64,000 bases of DNA from Macrostomum lignano (Eukaryota). Numbering within the stretch: position 1 is the stretch's first letter; each line of letters starts with the position of its first letter. The stretch lies in contig NIVC01001293.1 in the NCBI GenBank assembly GCA_002269645.1, positions 255,592 to 319,591 on the forward strand, given 5' to 3'. The position numbers and the translations under genes are program-made. This document shows, in pieces, positions 38,373 to 49,676 of this stretch. The notes beneath the pieces were generated by a model. It saw only the letters and a program-made list of their open reading frames with translations. It did not search any database and was not told where the DNA came from.

Positions 38373-39611
38373 AGCACAGCTGCTATTGAGCTATCTACTG
38401 TAGCAATGGCTATTGCTAGTTCCAGTAAGAAAGAACACCATTTTGAATGTACCGGAGTTTCAGTTTCAGCTAGGTTCAGTGGATGCTTATAACTATAACT
38501 GCATTTTTAGTGTCATAAAGTTTCGGTGTTCGATTGGCCGCTTCTATACCGTACCTTTTTTGTTTCCGTATGAACTGTTATAAACTAATTAAATATGTAA
38601 TCAAAACTTTCTTTTGAGCCCTAAATTCTTACCTGATTCAGCCAGTCGATCAGTTGTCATAGCCGTCAGCAAAATGTCTAAGAGGTTTTTTTAAGTCTAG
38701 TAAAATGCGATCCTGATAAAATGTTATATACTAAACTGTTAGCTACAATGCCATGAACCAATGGCTAGTTTAAAGCTTTATAATTTATCCATTTTCCCTA
38801 TCGGAGTCAATACCCCTGAAGAGAAACGAGAATTAATCGTGCAAATATTGGAGTATTTGCATTAAGCAAGCCAAGCGACTGCGAATGATGGACCAAAATC
38901 AACAGCGCTTAATTTAATGTCTCATTCATTCGCCATAGGAACACGGACGGGATCACGATGGTAAACACTGGGGAACTTATTTACTGTAGAGACTGTCTTT
39001 TGAGTCAATAATAAGTCAAAGCCATTTTTTGGGTATACGAGCGTAATATACAGGTGCGAGCTCAAGGCTGATCGATCGTGCAGTAAATCAAGGTGCACTT
39101 ACAGAACCGCTACTCGCACAAATGTCTGGCCACAGTAAGAATTGAGAAGCCTTGAGTCGGATTCAGTCTTGTTGCCCTGCTAAGGGCAGTTTTAAAGGGT
39201 AGTTAGGTACTGTTGCGACGCGCAGAAGTAAGACGGCCCCTTTACTACGATCCATGCATGAGCATTGCATGTATACGCTAGAGCTGTTGCTCCATGTACA
39301 TGCATGGGGACTCATGCTCATGCTTATCGCCCGTCCCACTTCCCCGCGCACCAACCCCCACCTGAAATAAATCATGAGAGGGGCAGCTTTACACGACCTC
39401 CAATCTACCCAAGCTTTCCCCACCTGTTACGTAATCCCCCATCATTAATCACTTCTCTCCGCTGTGCCCCTACCTGATTTCTCGGCCAATCACAGTGCGT
39501 CTGCCGGCGCGGGTGACGTCATTAGGGTTGTTTGTAATGGAGGTCCAAGGACAGGTCTCAGCCTTCAATGTCACACATCACACGCTCACGTGATCGCGTG
39601 ACGCGTGATCT

Positions 39612-39859
39612 CAGGGCTATAAATAGGAACCTGTTTAAGTCTTGAGCGGATAATTTTACCTTATCCTTTACCCCTTACTTTGCTGTGCTGTTGTCTGGGC
39701 TTCGGCCTTTGTGTTGTTCTGTTTGCTAACGAGACCCAACCTTCCCTGAGAAACTCAGCACCCGAATGGGCAACTCTTCCAATCTTTTCTCTGGGGGGGG
39801 GATGCTTTCACAAGGTTGAAATTTCAACACAACAAAAATTCTAGCAAGGGACTTCATAA
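39612..39859 (+). repeat. About 250-bp TATA-containing segment, copy A of a diverged direct repeat
   Basis: GGGCTATAAATAGGAACCTG...CTAGCAAGGGACTTCATAA, matching 43569-43819. Preceded by CCAAT and TGACGTCA motifs. Confidence 0.7.
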
Positions 39860-40559
39860 AGTCGACATTTCACAAGGTCGAAAACCCATAGAAGCCACTT
39901 ACACAAGGTCAAAATTTCGAGTCTGTGAAACCCCGCTTCTCTGGACTGGATCGACTCTCGCCCTTTAATAATTTGATTGCTCCTCTATTCTCAGGATCTT
40001 CCCAATACTCGTAAGCACCCGCTAGCTATCCTTCCCTTCCCCATCGTTTGCGGCTTCCCCTAACACACACCCCAATACGAGACTTCCGGGTCGCCCACGA
40101 CTGCAGCCGCCGTGACCATCCGACGACCACCGCGCCAAGCAGCTCTGCCCGTCCGCCGCGTCTGTTAAGGTATTTTTCCTCTGTTGCGCTGCCCTTGGGT
40201 CGCATTAGCCTGCGGTCTCCTCCCGACCCATTGCTCACATCTCCTAATGTTCTGTCTTAACCTACGAGTATTTCGCTTTAATAATAAACCTAACTGTTAG
40301 GGCCAAGTTTAGGGCCAACAATTCAGGGCATTTAGCCATTCAACTCTGTTGCTTGTCTGTTTACTTATTTACCAGGAGTCGTGGTATACATGTAAGTGTT
40401 AGTAGTGAGTGCGCCTGTCGCAGGGCATGGAAATATAGTACAAGGGGGCAAAACAATTCATGAGGGCCGGCTGAGGGAGCCACATTCATCACATATGGTT
40501 GTCTGTGACTAAAACTTAATTCTGCGATCGCCACAGAGAATTCGTCGTCCTACACAAAT

Positions 40560-43208
40560 TGTCTTGTGAATGTACTGTTTCCATCACGGAAGAAGGCGGA
40601 AGAAGCTCCCGCTCGTCACGACCCCTCCGAGGACGTGGACCCTGTCAGAGGGAAAGCCGCGAAAGCCGCAGCCACAGGCGGACGTTGAAAGGGCCAGAAA
40701 ACCCGCCCGGAACACTATCCGCTCTGGTCTGACTCAGCGCGAAGCAGCTGCTGGACACCGCTAAGGCCAACAACCGCAGCAACCCCCAGCCCAGTGTCAC
40801 CACTGCGGCCCCCGGAAAACCGGGCCGAGAGCGAGAATGCCGCCCAGGTGGTGGCCCCGCCCTCGATTTAGGCTACGGTAGTCTTCATAACCAAGCCAGG
40901 GAAGGGAGACTATCACTCTGCCAAGCTTACCGCCCTATCAGTCTGACGTCTTTCTTCCTCAAACTAATGGAACGGCTGATGCCCAGGCGCCTCCTCCTCG
41001 TAGAGCTGAGGAACTCCCCGTTCTCCCCCAATCAGCACGCTTTTCGTTCTGGACGCTCCATCGAAAGTGCGCTGCACGCCATTGTCGACAAGCAAGAGCG
41101 CGGTGCTTAGCAGTGGATACACGCTGTCGCTTTTCCTCGACATTGATGGTGCTTTCAATAATGTGCTTTTTGAAGCCTTTAAGCGGGCCCTGGAATCCCG
41201 GGGCACGCACGAGCACCTTACCCGCTGGATCATGTACATGGTTTCCCATCGTACTGCCACTTCACACCCCCTGGGACACTCCCGCTCCGTGGAAGTCCAG
41301 AAAGGCGGACCGCAAGGTGGAGTCCTCAGCCCGATCCTCTGGAACTTAGTCATGGACGAGCTGCTTTGCAGCCCGCATCCGGACCCAGTTCAGAAGGTCG
41401 GCTATGCGGACGATGTTACCGCCACTGTGGCTGGACCATCGCCCGCGGTCCTCAGGGACCTCCTTCAAGCCTTCATCCACCGTGCCGAGCGCTGGGCACA
41501 TAGCTGCGGTTTCAGGTTCTCTGAGTCTAAAACCGTGGCTATCCTGTTCACCAGCCGCCAAAACTGGAGAATCGAACCGCTCTCCTTCTATGGCAAACCC
41601 GTTGCCATGGAGAAACAAACCAGACGTCTGGGCGTCACCCTCGACCACAGGTTGAGCTGGACCCCGCACGTCCAAACTAAAGCCCACAAAGCTCTTGCGA
41701 CTCTCGCGCAGATCCTCAGAGCTTTCGGTGCTGCCTGGGGCCTCACCCCCCGCCGCCTCTGGTGGATTTACACTGACATTGTTAGACCGGCCATCTCCTT
41801 CGCCGGCTTCATTTGGAACAGTGCCCTAGAGGTGAAAGGGGTTCTCGAGGTTCTTAATAGGGTACAGGGCCGCGCTTGTCGAGCTATCATGAGCGCGACT
41901 CCTTCCACTCTCTTCGCTGGCATGAACTCCTTCTCGGACATTCCCCCCTCGACCTCTTTGTTAGAGGGGAGGCAATGAAAACCACCCGCCGTCGGCTTGA
42001 CGCGGGTGTCCAAATCCAGAAGCAGTTCGCCTTCAGAAAGCGGAACCTCCGGCCGCATAGCGACCTCAGCCTGCGAGACCTGGAAGCGGCGGGAGGCCTG
42101 CTGACCCTTTCGGACGGAATCCCGTCCACGCTCTGCCCTCCGCTCAAATTCAAAACCAGCATTCCACCACGTCACGAAGCAAGGGACAACTGGAAATCCC
42201 GTGAAATCCACTGCTTCACTGACGGGTCCCAAATCAACTCCGCCTCTGGCTACGGCTACTGCATCGTGTCTGGAGGGAGAACTGCGGCGACCTTCTGCCA
42301 GCACACCGGCACCGCTCCACCGTCTTCCAGAAAGAAGTTCTTGCCATCAGCTCCTGCGCCATGGAGCTGTACAATCAGCGCGTCTGGGGGAAGGAGATTA
42401 CCCTCCACTCGGACAGTCAAGCGGCGATTCACGCCCTTGAGCGCACCACCACCTGCTCGCGTACAGTCCATGACTGCATCGGGCAGCTCAATCGCTTAGG
42501 CGCCTCTAACAATGTGTCCCTAAGGTGGATCCCTGGACATTCGGGCCACCCCGGCAACGAGCTGGCCGATCGCCTGGCCAAGGCTGGCTCGACCGGTTCT
42601 TTTACTGGTACCCTGCCCGCGGCACCCACCCCCATCGCCGTTGTCATCACTCGGATCAACCAGTGGGTGGCTTCTAAGCACAGGGAGAGGTGGGCTAACG
42701 CCCCCGACTGCCTGCAATCCCGCGCGGCCGCTGTCCCCTGTCCTTCCTCCGCCCTGCGCAGGGCCCTGCTTGGACTCAACCGCAGGGACATCAGGGCGGT
42801 TACCATGGCCCTCTCGGGTCATGGCTGCTTTGCCAGGCATCGTCACCTCCAGGGAAAAATCCGCAGTGAGGAATGCCCTTTCTGCCTCTCCGGTGTCGAG
42901 AATGCGGAGCACTTCATCTGTGAATGCCCCGCCTTTACTCAGGACAGGCTCACCTACCTCGGCTCAAACCCAACCTCTCCGACGTTTTCAGGCCCGAGAA
43001 TCTCTGCCAGCTCGTCCGCTACCGAGCGACAATCCACCTCCTGGACTCTCCGGAGGGGGACCGCGCTGCGGACACCGGCACCACCGGAACTCCCTGCGCG
43101 ACACCGCATTAGCTGCCCGTGGTCGCTAGGGGTTAGCAAAATGGGCGGCAACGCCTCCTCGCTGTTTCCGGTCGCACGGAGCCCCCTGCAGCTAAGTCAA
43201 GTCAAGTA
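40560..43208 (+). mobile_element. Decayed non-LTR retrotransposon (RT + RNase H + C-terminal CCHC; R1/LOA-like), internally deleted and frameshifted
   Basis: From about 40870: KPGKGDY..YRPISLTSFFLKLMERL, LFLDIDGAFNNV, PQGGVLSPILWN, GYADDV, LGVTLD. RNase H: [30 protein letters not shown]. Zinc motif [13 protein letters not shown]. (AAGTC)n tail at about 43195-43208. 5' limit uncertain. Confidence 0.85.
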
Positions 43209-43568
43209 AGAAGGTGTGAATAGATTAGGAGCCTGCCACTGGACAGCCTTGGTCCCAAGAAACGCCACAGCTTTCCGGATTTGATTAAATACAGCTGTCT
43301 TGCTGCTCGGGCATTGATCGCTACCAGCAGATTAAGAATCAATCAATCAATTTCGAAACCAATCTTGCAAGAACGATATGTCAACAACTTGGTGACAGAA
43401 AGCTATAGAATTTATTTAATACATGTACGTGAGGACGATAAAGTATTAGTACAACTTGGTGGTAACAGTAGGATAATTTTAGCGCAGAAGCAAAACGCCT
43501 GTAACAGCTTGGTGTAGTTGGTGGCAATTTTGGTATTTTTCAAGAGATATAGCTCTTGCTATATAACG

Positions 43569-43819
43569 CAGGGCTTATAAATAGGAACCTGTTAAGCCTT
43601 GAGCAGAAGATATGTTACCTTACCCTATACCTTATCCTTTACCCTTTACTTTGCTGTGCTGTTGTCTGGGCTTCGGTCCTAAATTTTTTTGTTCTGTTTT
43701 CTAGCGAGACCCTGAGAAACTCAGCACCCGAATGGGCAACTCTTTCTATCTCTCTGGGGGGATGCTTTCACAAGGTTGAAATTTCACAACAACAAAAATT
43801 CTAGCAAGGGACTTCATAA
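43569..43819 (+). repeat. Copy B of the about 250-bp TATA-containing direct repeat
   Basis: Aligns by eye to 39612-39859 with several substitutions and indels. Confidence 0.7.
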
Positions 43820-46242
43820 GGTCCTTGGACTATCGAACTAGGACTATCGAAAGTCCCGACTTCCATATGGATAGTGCTACGTGATCGTAAAACGAAATAA
43901 TACCGCCAGAAGCCTGACAGTAACAGTACGGCTATAAGTCTAAAGTCTATAAGCATACTTTGTATTTAAAAGATAATTTATAGGCCTAGCCTTCTGTTCT
44001 GCTGAAATTTTGGTGCAAATACCAACTGGATTCCGGTTGTTTCGCCCCCAAACTGTTTCGGCCATGGACATTTCGCCCCCAGACCATTTCGCTCATAGTT
44101 CGTTTCGCCCATAAACCAGTTTGGCTATAGGCGTTTTCGACGTATGAAACATTCGCCGACACTTATTCAGACACTTCTACAGACACTTTAGTTTCTGTCG
44201 TACGAATCGTAGGAACAAGCATTAAATTTGTTTATTCCTTACAAACTATCAGTAAACTGCTTTATTTTAAGCTTTTTTGCTTTATTTTATTAAATATGAA
44301 TTAGGAAGTGTCCTAGACAAATTTAACATTCTTCTTTACGTGAATAGAATCTATGCAGAATAACAAATTTCATGATTTCATGAGAGTGAGGCCTGAGATA
44401 AATAAGCAACCAAATTATTAGCCAAAAAAGCTAAAGGGTCCTTTACACTAATACACAAAAAGGTCATTTACTATCGCAATGCAAAAAAGGTAGAAAAAGT
44501 AGAAGAAAGATGAAAAAGTTCATTTTGAAGCGCAAATTTCTAGCTTTCCGGTTTTTTCAAGCTTGTAAAAGAACATTTAAACAAATCTTCGCGTGAATAA
44601 ATTTTCCGCTGTAAATAGTATCGCCGAAAAAGCATAAAAAGCAACTATATTATTTGGTTATAAGGTTCTACTACGCAATTTGAAAAAGTCTTTTATTGTC
44701 ACAACGTAAAAAAGGTCATTTATTGTCACAACACCGGCGTATTTTTGAGAATGGGCGTGCACTACATTTATTTCCGGCGTGCATTTGTAATTATTCAATT
44801 TTTGTACGGGCGTGCACCCAGCATGATCCGGACTATGGCTTTAACTGTCTAGCCATATATCAGTTTGCTTTTTGGTGCCTTAGTCTATGACACCTAAATA
44901 ATAAAAAAGTAGGCCCCTAATTTTATAACAAATATAATATTAATAATAATTTACCAAACATTTCATTTATCTAATAAAAGCAATATCCATTTTGTTAAAT
45001 TGGCATGTTTCCTAAAGTTATAAAAACTCTAGGGCCTATTTGATTTAATTGTAAGCATCTACTATAGGCCTATCCTGTATATATAAGGCTACACTTAATA
45101 AACATCAAACTCTTTATAATATATCACGTTGAAATAATTTAGAGTGGGAAACCAAAGGATTGCCAGCATGTGTATTAAGATAAAAATACTTAAGTAAAGA
45201 TGAAATCTATCAACTAGAACTAGGCCTAGGCCTATGGCTATGCTATATATAGTTTTGATCAAAATTATGAAATCTAACAATTCCATTTTAATATTGATTT
45301 CTTAAGCCATATGATTGTTGGCTCAAGTGGGGGGGGGCTTGAACTATTTTCCTTTAGCTGAGAAGCTGCTAATATCTGCTTTTTATTTTGGACAACATAT
45401 TGTATCATGGCTGGACAACTACCAAGACCCTCGTGAATAGTTCCGCCGAATGTGGAACAGTTGCCCAGTGACAAGCTCTGTATCCGCGCCACTAGAACAC
45501 AATGACGAGTTGGCAAGTTTGGCAACCAGGGAGCTAAAAACTCTGCCACAATCATTAGAATGGTTTAAAACATCAATTTTATTGTTATTGTTTTCTGGTT
45601 TCGAACTTTCAAATTTAAACGAAAAATAATTTCGCAAACGAAACTGCACTATTGCCGATTGTTTTTTCTTGACTTAAGAAATTGGGACAAAAATTTAAAT
45701 AGGCCTATTATAATAGACTTTTAAAAAAAATAAAATAGTAGATCAGCTTAACAAAATGAATAATAGTAATATCCTAGTTTTTTAAGCAAAGAAGGGTGTA
45801 AGACCAAGATGGCCACACACCAAGATGGCCATAGCTGGGGTGGGGGTCACGGAAAATGACAACTGGTTTTCTATTGTATAGCTTCGGGAGGGGAGATCAG
45901 AAATATGGGGTTTCAATGGGGGGAGGTTCGACAGGCAGTCAAAATTTTATTAGTGTATTGTAGGGTTAAAGACAAAAATGGTTACGAGTCTTAATTTCCT
46001 ACTTATAGTAGCCCATAAGAGGTGTAAACATATTTCATATTAAACAAATCTTTTCTACATATAAAATCAGGTGTAGCTTTTTTCAGTTTCTCTTATTGGT
46101 TGAGACTAATTTACTTGTTAAAAAAGGATAAAAACTGGGTAAATTTCATGCCCTGTTCAAAGTTCATCTGTTTCATTCACTGACAGCAGTCTAAGTCTAA
46201 GCACTTAGATACAAAATGGCAGGTGCATATCCATGTGTGGTC

Positions 46243-47432
46243 AGTAGAATGCATGAGGGGGCTTCTGGGACAAAATTTTTCACCTCCTCCATAATCCCAT
46301 TAAATCCATCCACATTATCCCTGACAGAATCAGAAAAAAGGGGGTCGCACTCACTCACAAAACGTCCTCCATAATCCCATTAAATCCATCCATATTATCC
46401 CCGACAGAATCAGAAAAAAGAGGGGCCGCACTTGCTCCGAAAACTTCGATTATAATCCACCTAATATCCATCCATATTATCCCCATCACATTGCAATGCT
46501 TGCAACTATTTATCTAAGGGAAAAATGTAAAACTACCCTCTAGGGCACCAGCTACAGAGCCAGCTACAAATGTTCCTCAGCCGAACAAATGTTCCTCAAC
46601 CGAACAAATGTTCCTCAGCCGAACATTTGTTCCTCAGCCGAACATTTGTTCCTCAGCCGAACATTTGTTCCTCAGCCGAACAAATGTTCCTCAGCCGAAC
46701 ATTTGTTCCTCAGCCGAACAAATGTTCCTCAGCCGAACATTTGTTCCTCAGCCGAACAAATGTTCCGCCGCCGAACAAATGTTCCTCAGCTGAACAAATG
46801 TTCCGCCGCCGAACAAATGTTCCGCCACCGAACATGTACAGAGCAAATATCTCTCCCCCCCATGCAAAAGCTTCATGTGGATCATGCCCTCACTAACTCA
46901 GAGTACGCAGGCCCCGTATACAGAGAGAACCTCTCTTCCTATGCACAAGCTTCTCCTCTCCGCGTACATTTATTTCTACATAGCAAGTTCTCTCTCTTTC
47001 CACTTCTCTAAGTACAGTCAATCCCGCGACACGTTTAAGCTACGTAAGGAAGAAAGCTTATTTATACAACCACTTGCAGAGCTACTCGGTTAAAAATGTA
47101 TTATCCCTGACACAATCAGAAAAAAAGAGTGGGTCACACTTACCCTTTGAAAAAAATAAATTCTCAATAAAAATGCTTCCAGTTGTCTGTCCAGGTTCTT
47201 ATTACAAAGCGCACGAGCCTAATTACAAGAGTAGGTACCAATGCAAACTAGAATGCAGCGAGTACATGAGAAAATATTGGCCCGGCATTGAAATCAATGT
47301 CCCTAATATTAATCAAGCACTTAAATCTCACTGGTTTGAAAAACATGGAGTAGTCATTAACGATTTTGACAGCTACTATAACTTTGCTGAAGTTATAAGG
47401 CAGTTGTAGTAGTCAACTACAAGGTTGTACCT
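46243..47432 (+). repeat. Left terminal inverted repeat (1190 bp)
   Basis: Reverse complement of 62036-63111. Contains about 80-bp subterminal repeats (46291, 46371, 46452), fourteen 19-bp units and a small ORF. Confidence 0.95.
47173..47409 (+). CDS. Small ORF (78 aa) inside left TIR, unknown function
   Basis: MLPVVCPGSYYKAHEPNYKSRYQCKLECSEYMRKYWPG...; the ATG has the TAAAA-ATG context typical of the element's genes; identical copy in the right TIR. Confidence 0.5.
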   Translation: MLPVVCPGSYYKAHEPNYKSRYQCKLECSEYMRKYWPGIEINVPNINQALKSHWFEKHGVVINDFDSYYNFAEVIRQL

Positions 47433-47470
47433 GGCGGCTTATATCCTAATTTAACAAGTCTGAAGACGAC

Positions 47471-48328
47471 TCACATTCTCTCAATAATAATTGTTAACAT
47501 AAACTCTTCCCCGTTAAAATCGACACCAACTCCATCCTCTGTTTCAAACTGCAGAACGATTTCATGTATCTCCCTATTACTCAGAATCACTCTTTTCACA
47601 GGGTTTGGCTTTTGCACAAGCATTTTGCCACCAGCAACAGAGTTTGAAATGTTAAAAAGTATGTTGGTTCGTTTGCCTTTGAATATCCAATCATGGCTCA
47701 GATTGCTACGAATTAATATATTCAAACCTTTGACAATGTCAGCGATATTTGGCGCCAAGTACATACCGGATATTAGCCGGGACACAGCAACAGTGCCAGG
47801 CGCCTGCAGCGGGCTTTGGTCTGTGGCGCCACCATAAACTCTCTTTTCAAATCCCAACTCGCGATACCAAGTGCCATCTTTAAACTCTACCTCTGCGTCC
47901 TTATGAACTTGCAAGATAACTCTCATGACAGTTAGATCATAAGTTAATCTAACAGGGAACAGTTTATTTTCTGGTTTGCTTTCATCCGGTATCTCAAAAT
48001 GCTTTCGTTTAGTGAAGACGTTCTCCAAGAAGTAATTATAAGTATCCACGCTCTGTGTGCTGACAGGAAATATCACAACCTCTGTTGTAGTACGCTTCCA
48101 TTTGTAATAAAACTTGTTATTTTCCGCTGTCACATTGGGAACATTTGACCACCCAGTGAAATCATTGAGATAGACGTGGTAATTCGCCTCGGGATCCAAA
48201 CGAAGTGGTTGCTCCAATTTTTGAATGAAGATTCCGTTTGACTCAGTAATGCGACCCGCTACAGTGATTGGAATGCTCTCCTTAGAGTGTGAAACAATGT
48301 TGTTCAGTCTTTTGGCTATGGCTTCCAT
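47471..48328 (-). CDS. Minor capsid protein (penton, single jelly-roll), 285 aa
   Basis: Adjacent to the MCP, typical size. PLRLD..ANYHVYL N-terminal motif; C-terminal IHEIVLQFETEDGVGVDFNGEEFMLTIII beta strands typical of Polinton pentons. Confidence 0.75.
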   Translation of the reverse strand: MEAIAKRLNNIVSHSKESIPITVAGRITESNGIFIQKLEQPLRLDPEANYHVYLNDFTGWSNVPNVTAENNKFYYKWKRTTTEVVIFPVSTQSVDTYNYFLENVFTKRKHFEIPDESKPENKLFPVRLTYDLTVMRVILQVHKDAEVEFKDGTWYRELGFEKRVYGGATDQSPLQAPGTVAVSRLISGMYLAPNIADIVKGLNILIRSNLSHDWIFKGKRTNILFNISNSVAGGKMLVQKPNPVKRVILSNREIHEIVLQFETEDGVGVDFNGEEFMLTIIIERM

Positions 48329-48350
48329 TTTTTTATTGAAAAAAAATTAT

Positions 48351-49646
48351 TCAAACTTTACTAGACAAGTTATTGATCATATTGACCTTGATCTTCCTCT
48401 CAAATGCATAGATAATAAACAGATCAACAGCCGTTGCGGCACCAAATTCTTTACGCTCGATATTAGTCACAATGTTAACGGGGCTATTGTCTGTAGGCAT
48501 TTGTCTAGCAGTCACATCAACACCAAATATTGGATATAGTTTTTTATACTGCAAGGTTGTCAAAACAATACCGTTATTCTCTTTGACAGCCAGGTCCGAC
48601 AGTTCATTGTAAAACTTACTAATCTTGTTCTCCGAGAAATTCCCATTTTGTGGCAATGCAGGGTATAAATTGTCACTGATCTCATGTTGAATCGATCGAA
48701 CGTTTCCATGTAGATATCTACCTACATTAGTTGTATTCCTCATAGTGACAATAATGTACCTTGGATTGCTACAGGAGCCTTCTTTAATGCAAATATTGTG
48801 TCTTGCGTCATTCCGCTCATCTCTGCACATATAAGCTGTATAAGCAACATCAATGTCTTTCTCAATCGCCTTCAAGTATTCAGCTTTGAGTGCAGTCTTG
48901 GGCTCAATAATTTCTAGGTACAGCTCCACGCCAGTTAGCTTAATCTCCATCGATGTATGATTGGCCCCCGACCAAATTCCTCTGTTCCGATCATCTCTAG
49001 TCAGTCTAAATGTGTAGCTAAAGTTGCTTGTCAACCGATTGAAACTATTACAGAAACCACTCATAAACCTCAAAGGTACAAAAATATCTACAGACCTAAA
49101 CAGCGGATTCTTAGCAGCATCGTTCTCACCAACAAGAGCATAGTTGTATCTCTCCTTTCTCTTTTTGTAACCAGGGTCATTCTCATCTCCTGTCTGTTCA
49201 TTGGGGATGAATCCAGCACCGCTCCCCATCTGAATAAAATCCGGGTTCTCAATCAAGCACTGGGTATCATAGACCACACCAAAGTTTGCTATTCTTTCCA
49301 ATTCTGTACTTCCATTGGACACATTAAACTCTTTGAACATATAAGCCCAGAAATTACTGGTTAGTGCGACATCCGCATTGTGTAGATCATCATTAGCATG
49401 AGCGGCGTCTGCGCCTCCTTTAGTTTTGAATTGATACGTCATATAGAAGCCGCTCCTTAGACTGTGCACACTAACCAAAGACGAACATCCATTGTATGTA
49501 AATGTCAGTGTTTGACCAGGACCAAGATTAGTTTCATTCTGATTTTCCTGACTGGGAACTCTTACCTGAGTCGCTTTGATTGTGCTATCATCACTCAAAA
49601 TAGGCTTGTTAATTTTGTAGAAAACTGGTGTCAGTGGGTCGTTCAT
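48351..49646 (-). CDS. Major capsid protein (double jelly-roll, hexon-like), 431 aa
   Basis: Size and position. N-terminal SDDSTIKAT...P....LGPGQTLTFTY; PRYIIVTM; C-terminal YKKLYPIFGVDVT, patterns seen in Polinton MCPs. Confidence 0.82.
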   Translation of the reverse strand: MNDPLTPVFYKINKPILSDDSTIKATQVRVPSQENQNETNLGPGQTLTFTYNGCSSLVSVHSLRSGFYMTYQFKTKGGADAAHANDDLHNADVALTSNFWAYMFKEFNVSNGSTELERIANFGVVYDTQCLIENPDFIQMGSGAGFIPNEQTGDENDPGYKKRKERYNYALVGENDAAKNPLFRSVDIFVPLRFMSGFCNSFNRLTSNFSYTFRLTRDDRNRGIWSGANHTSMEIKLTGVELYLEIIEPKTALKAEYLKAIEKDIDVAYTAYMCRDERNDARHNICIKEGSCSNPRYIIVTMRNTTNVGRYLHGNVRSIQHEISDNLYPALPQNGNFSENKISKFYNELSDLAVKENNGIVLTTLQYKKLYPIFGVDVTARQMPTDNSPVNIVTNIERKEFGAATAVDLFIIYAFERKIKVNMINNLSSKV

Positions 49647-49676
49647 TTTTTAACTAAAAATAAAATAAAATAAGAA

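Noticed and set aside
44030-44140. TTTCGCCC repeat cluster suggesting a MITE end (also CCAAGATGGCC repeats near 45800)
   Set aside because: Could not find a matching opposite end or TSD.
46570-47093. ORFs over the 19-bp TIR repeats (and their mirrors at 62375-62784)
   Set aside because: Derived from tandem repeats and change length with copy number; no start context like the element's genes.
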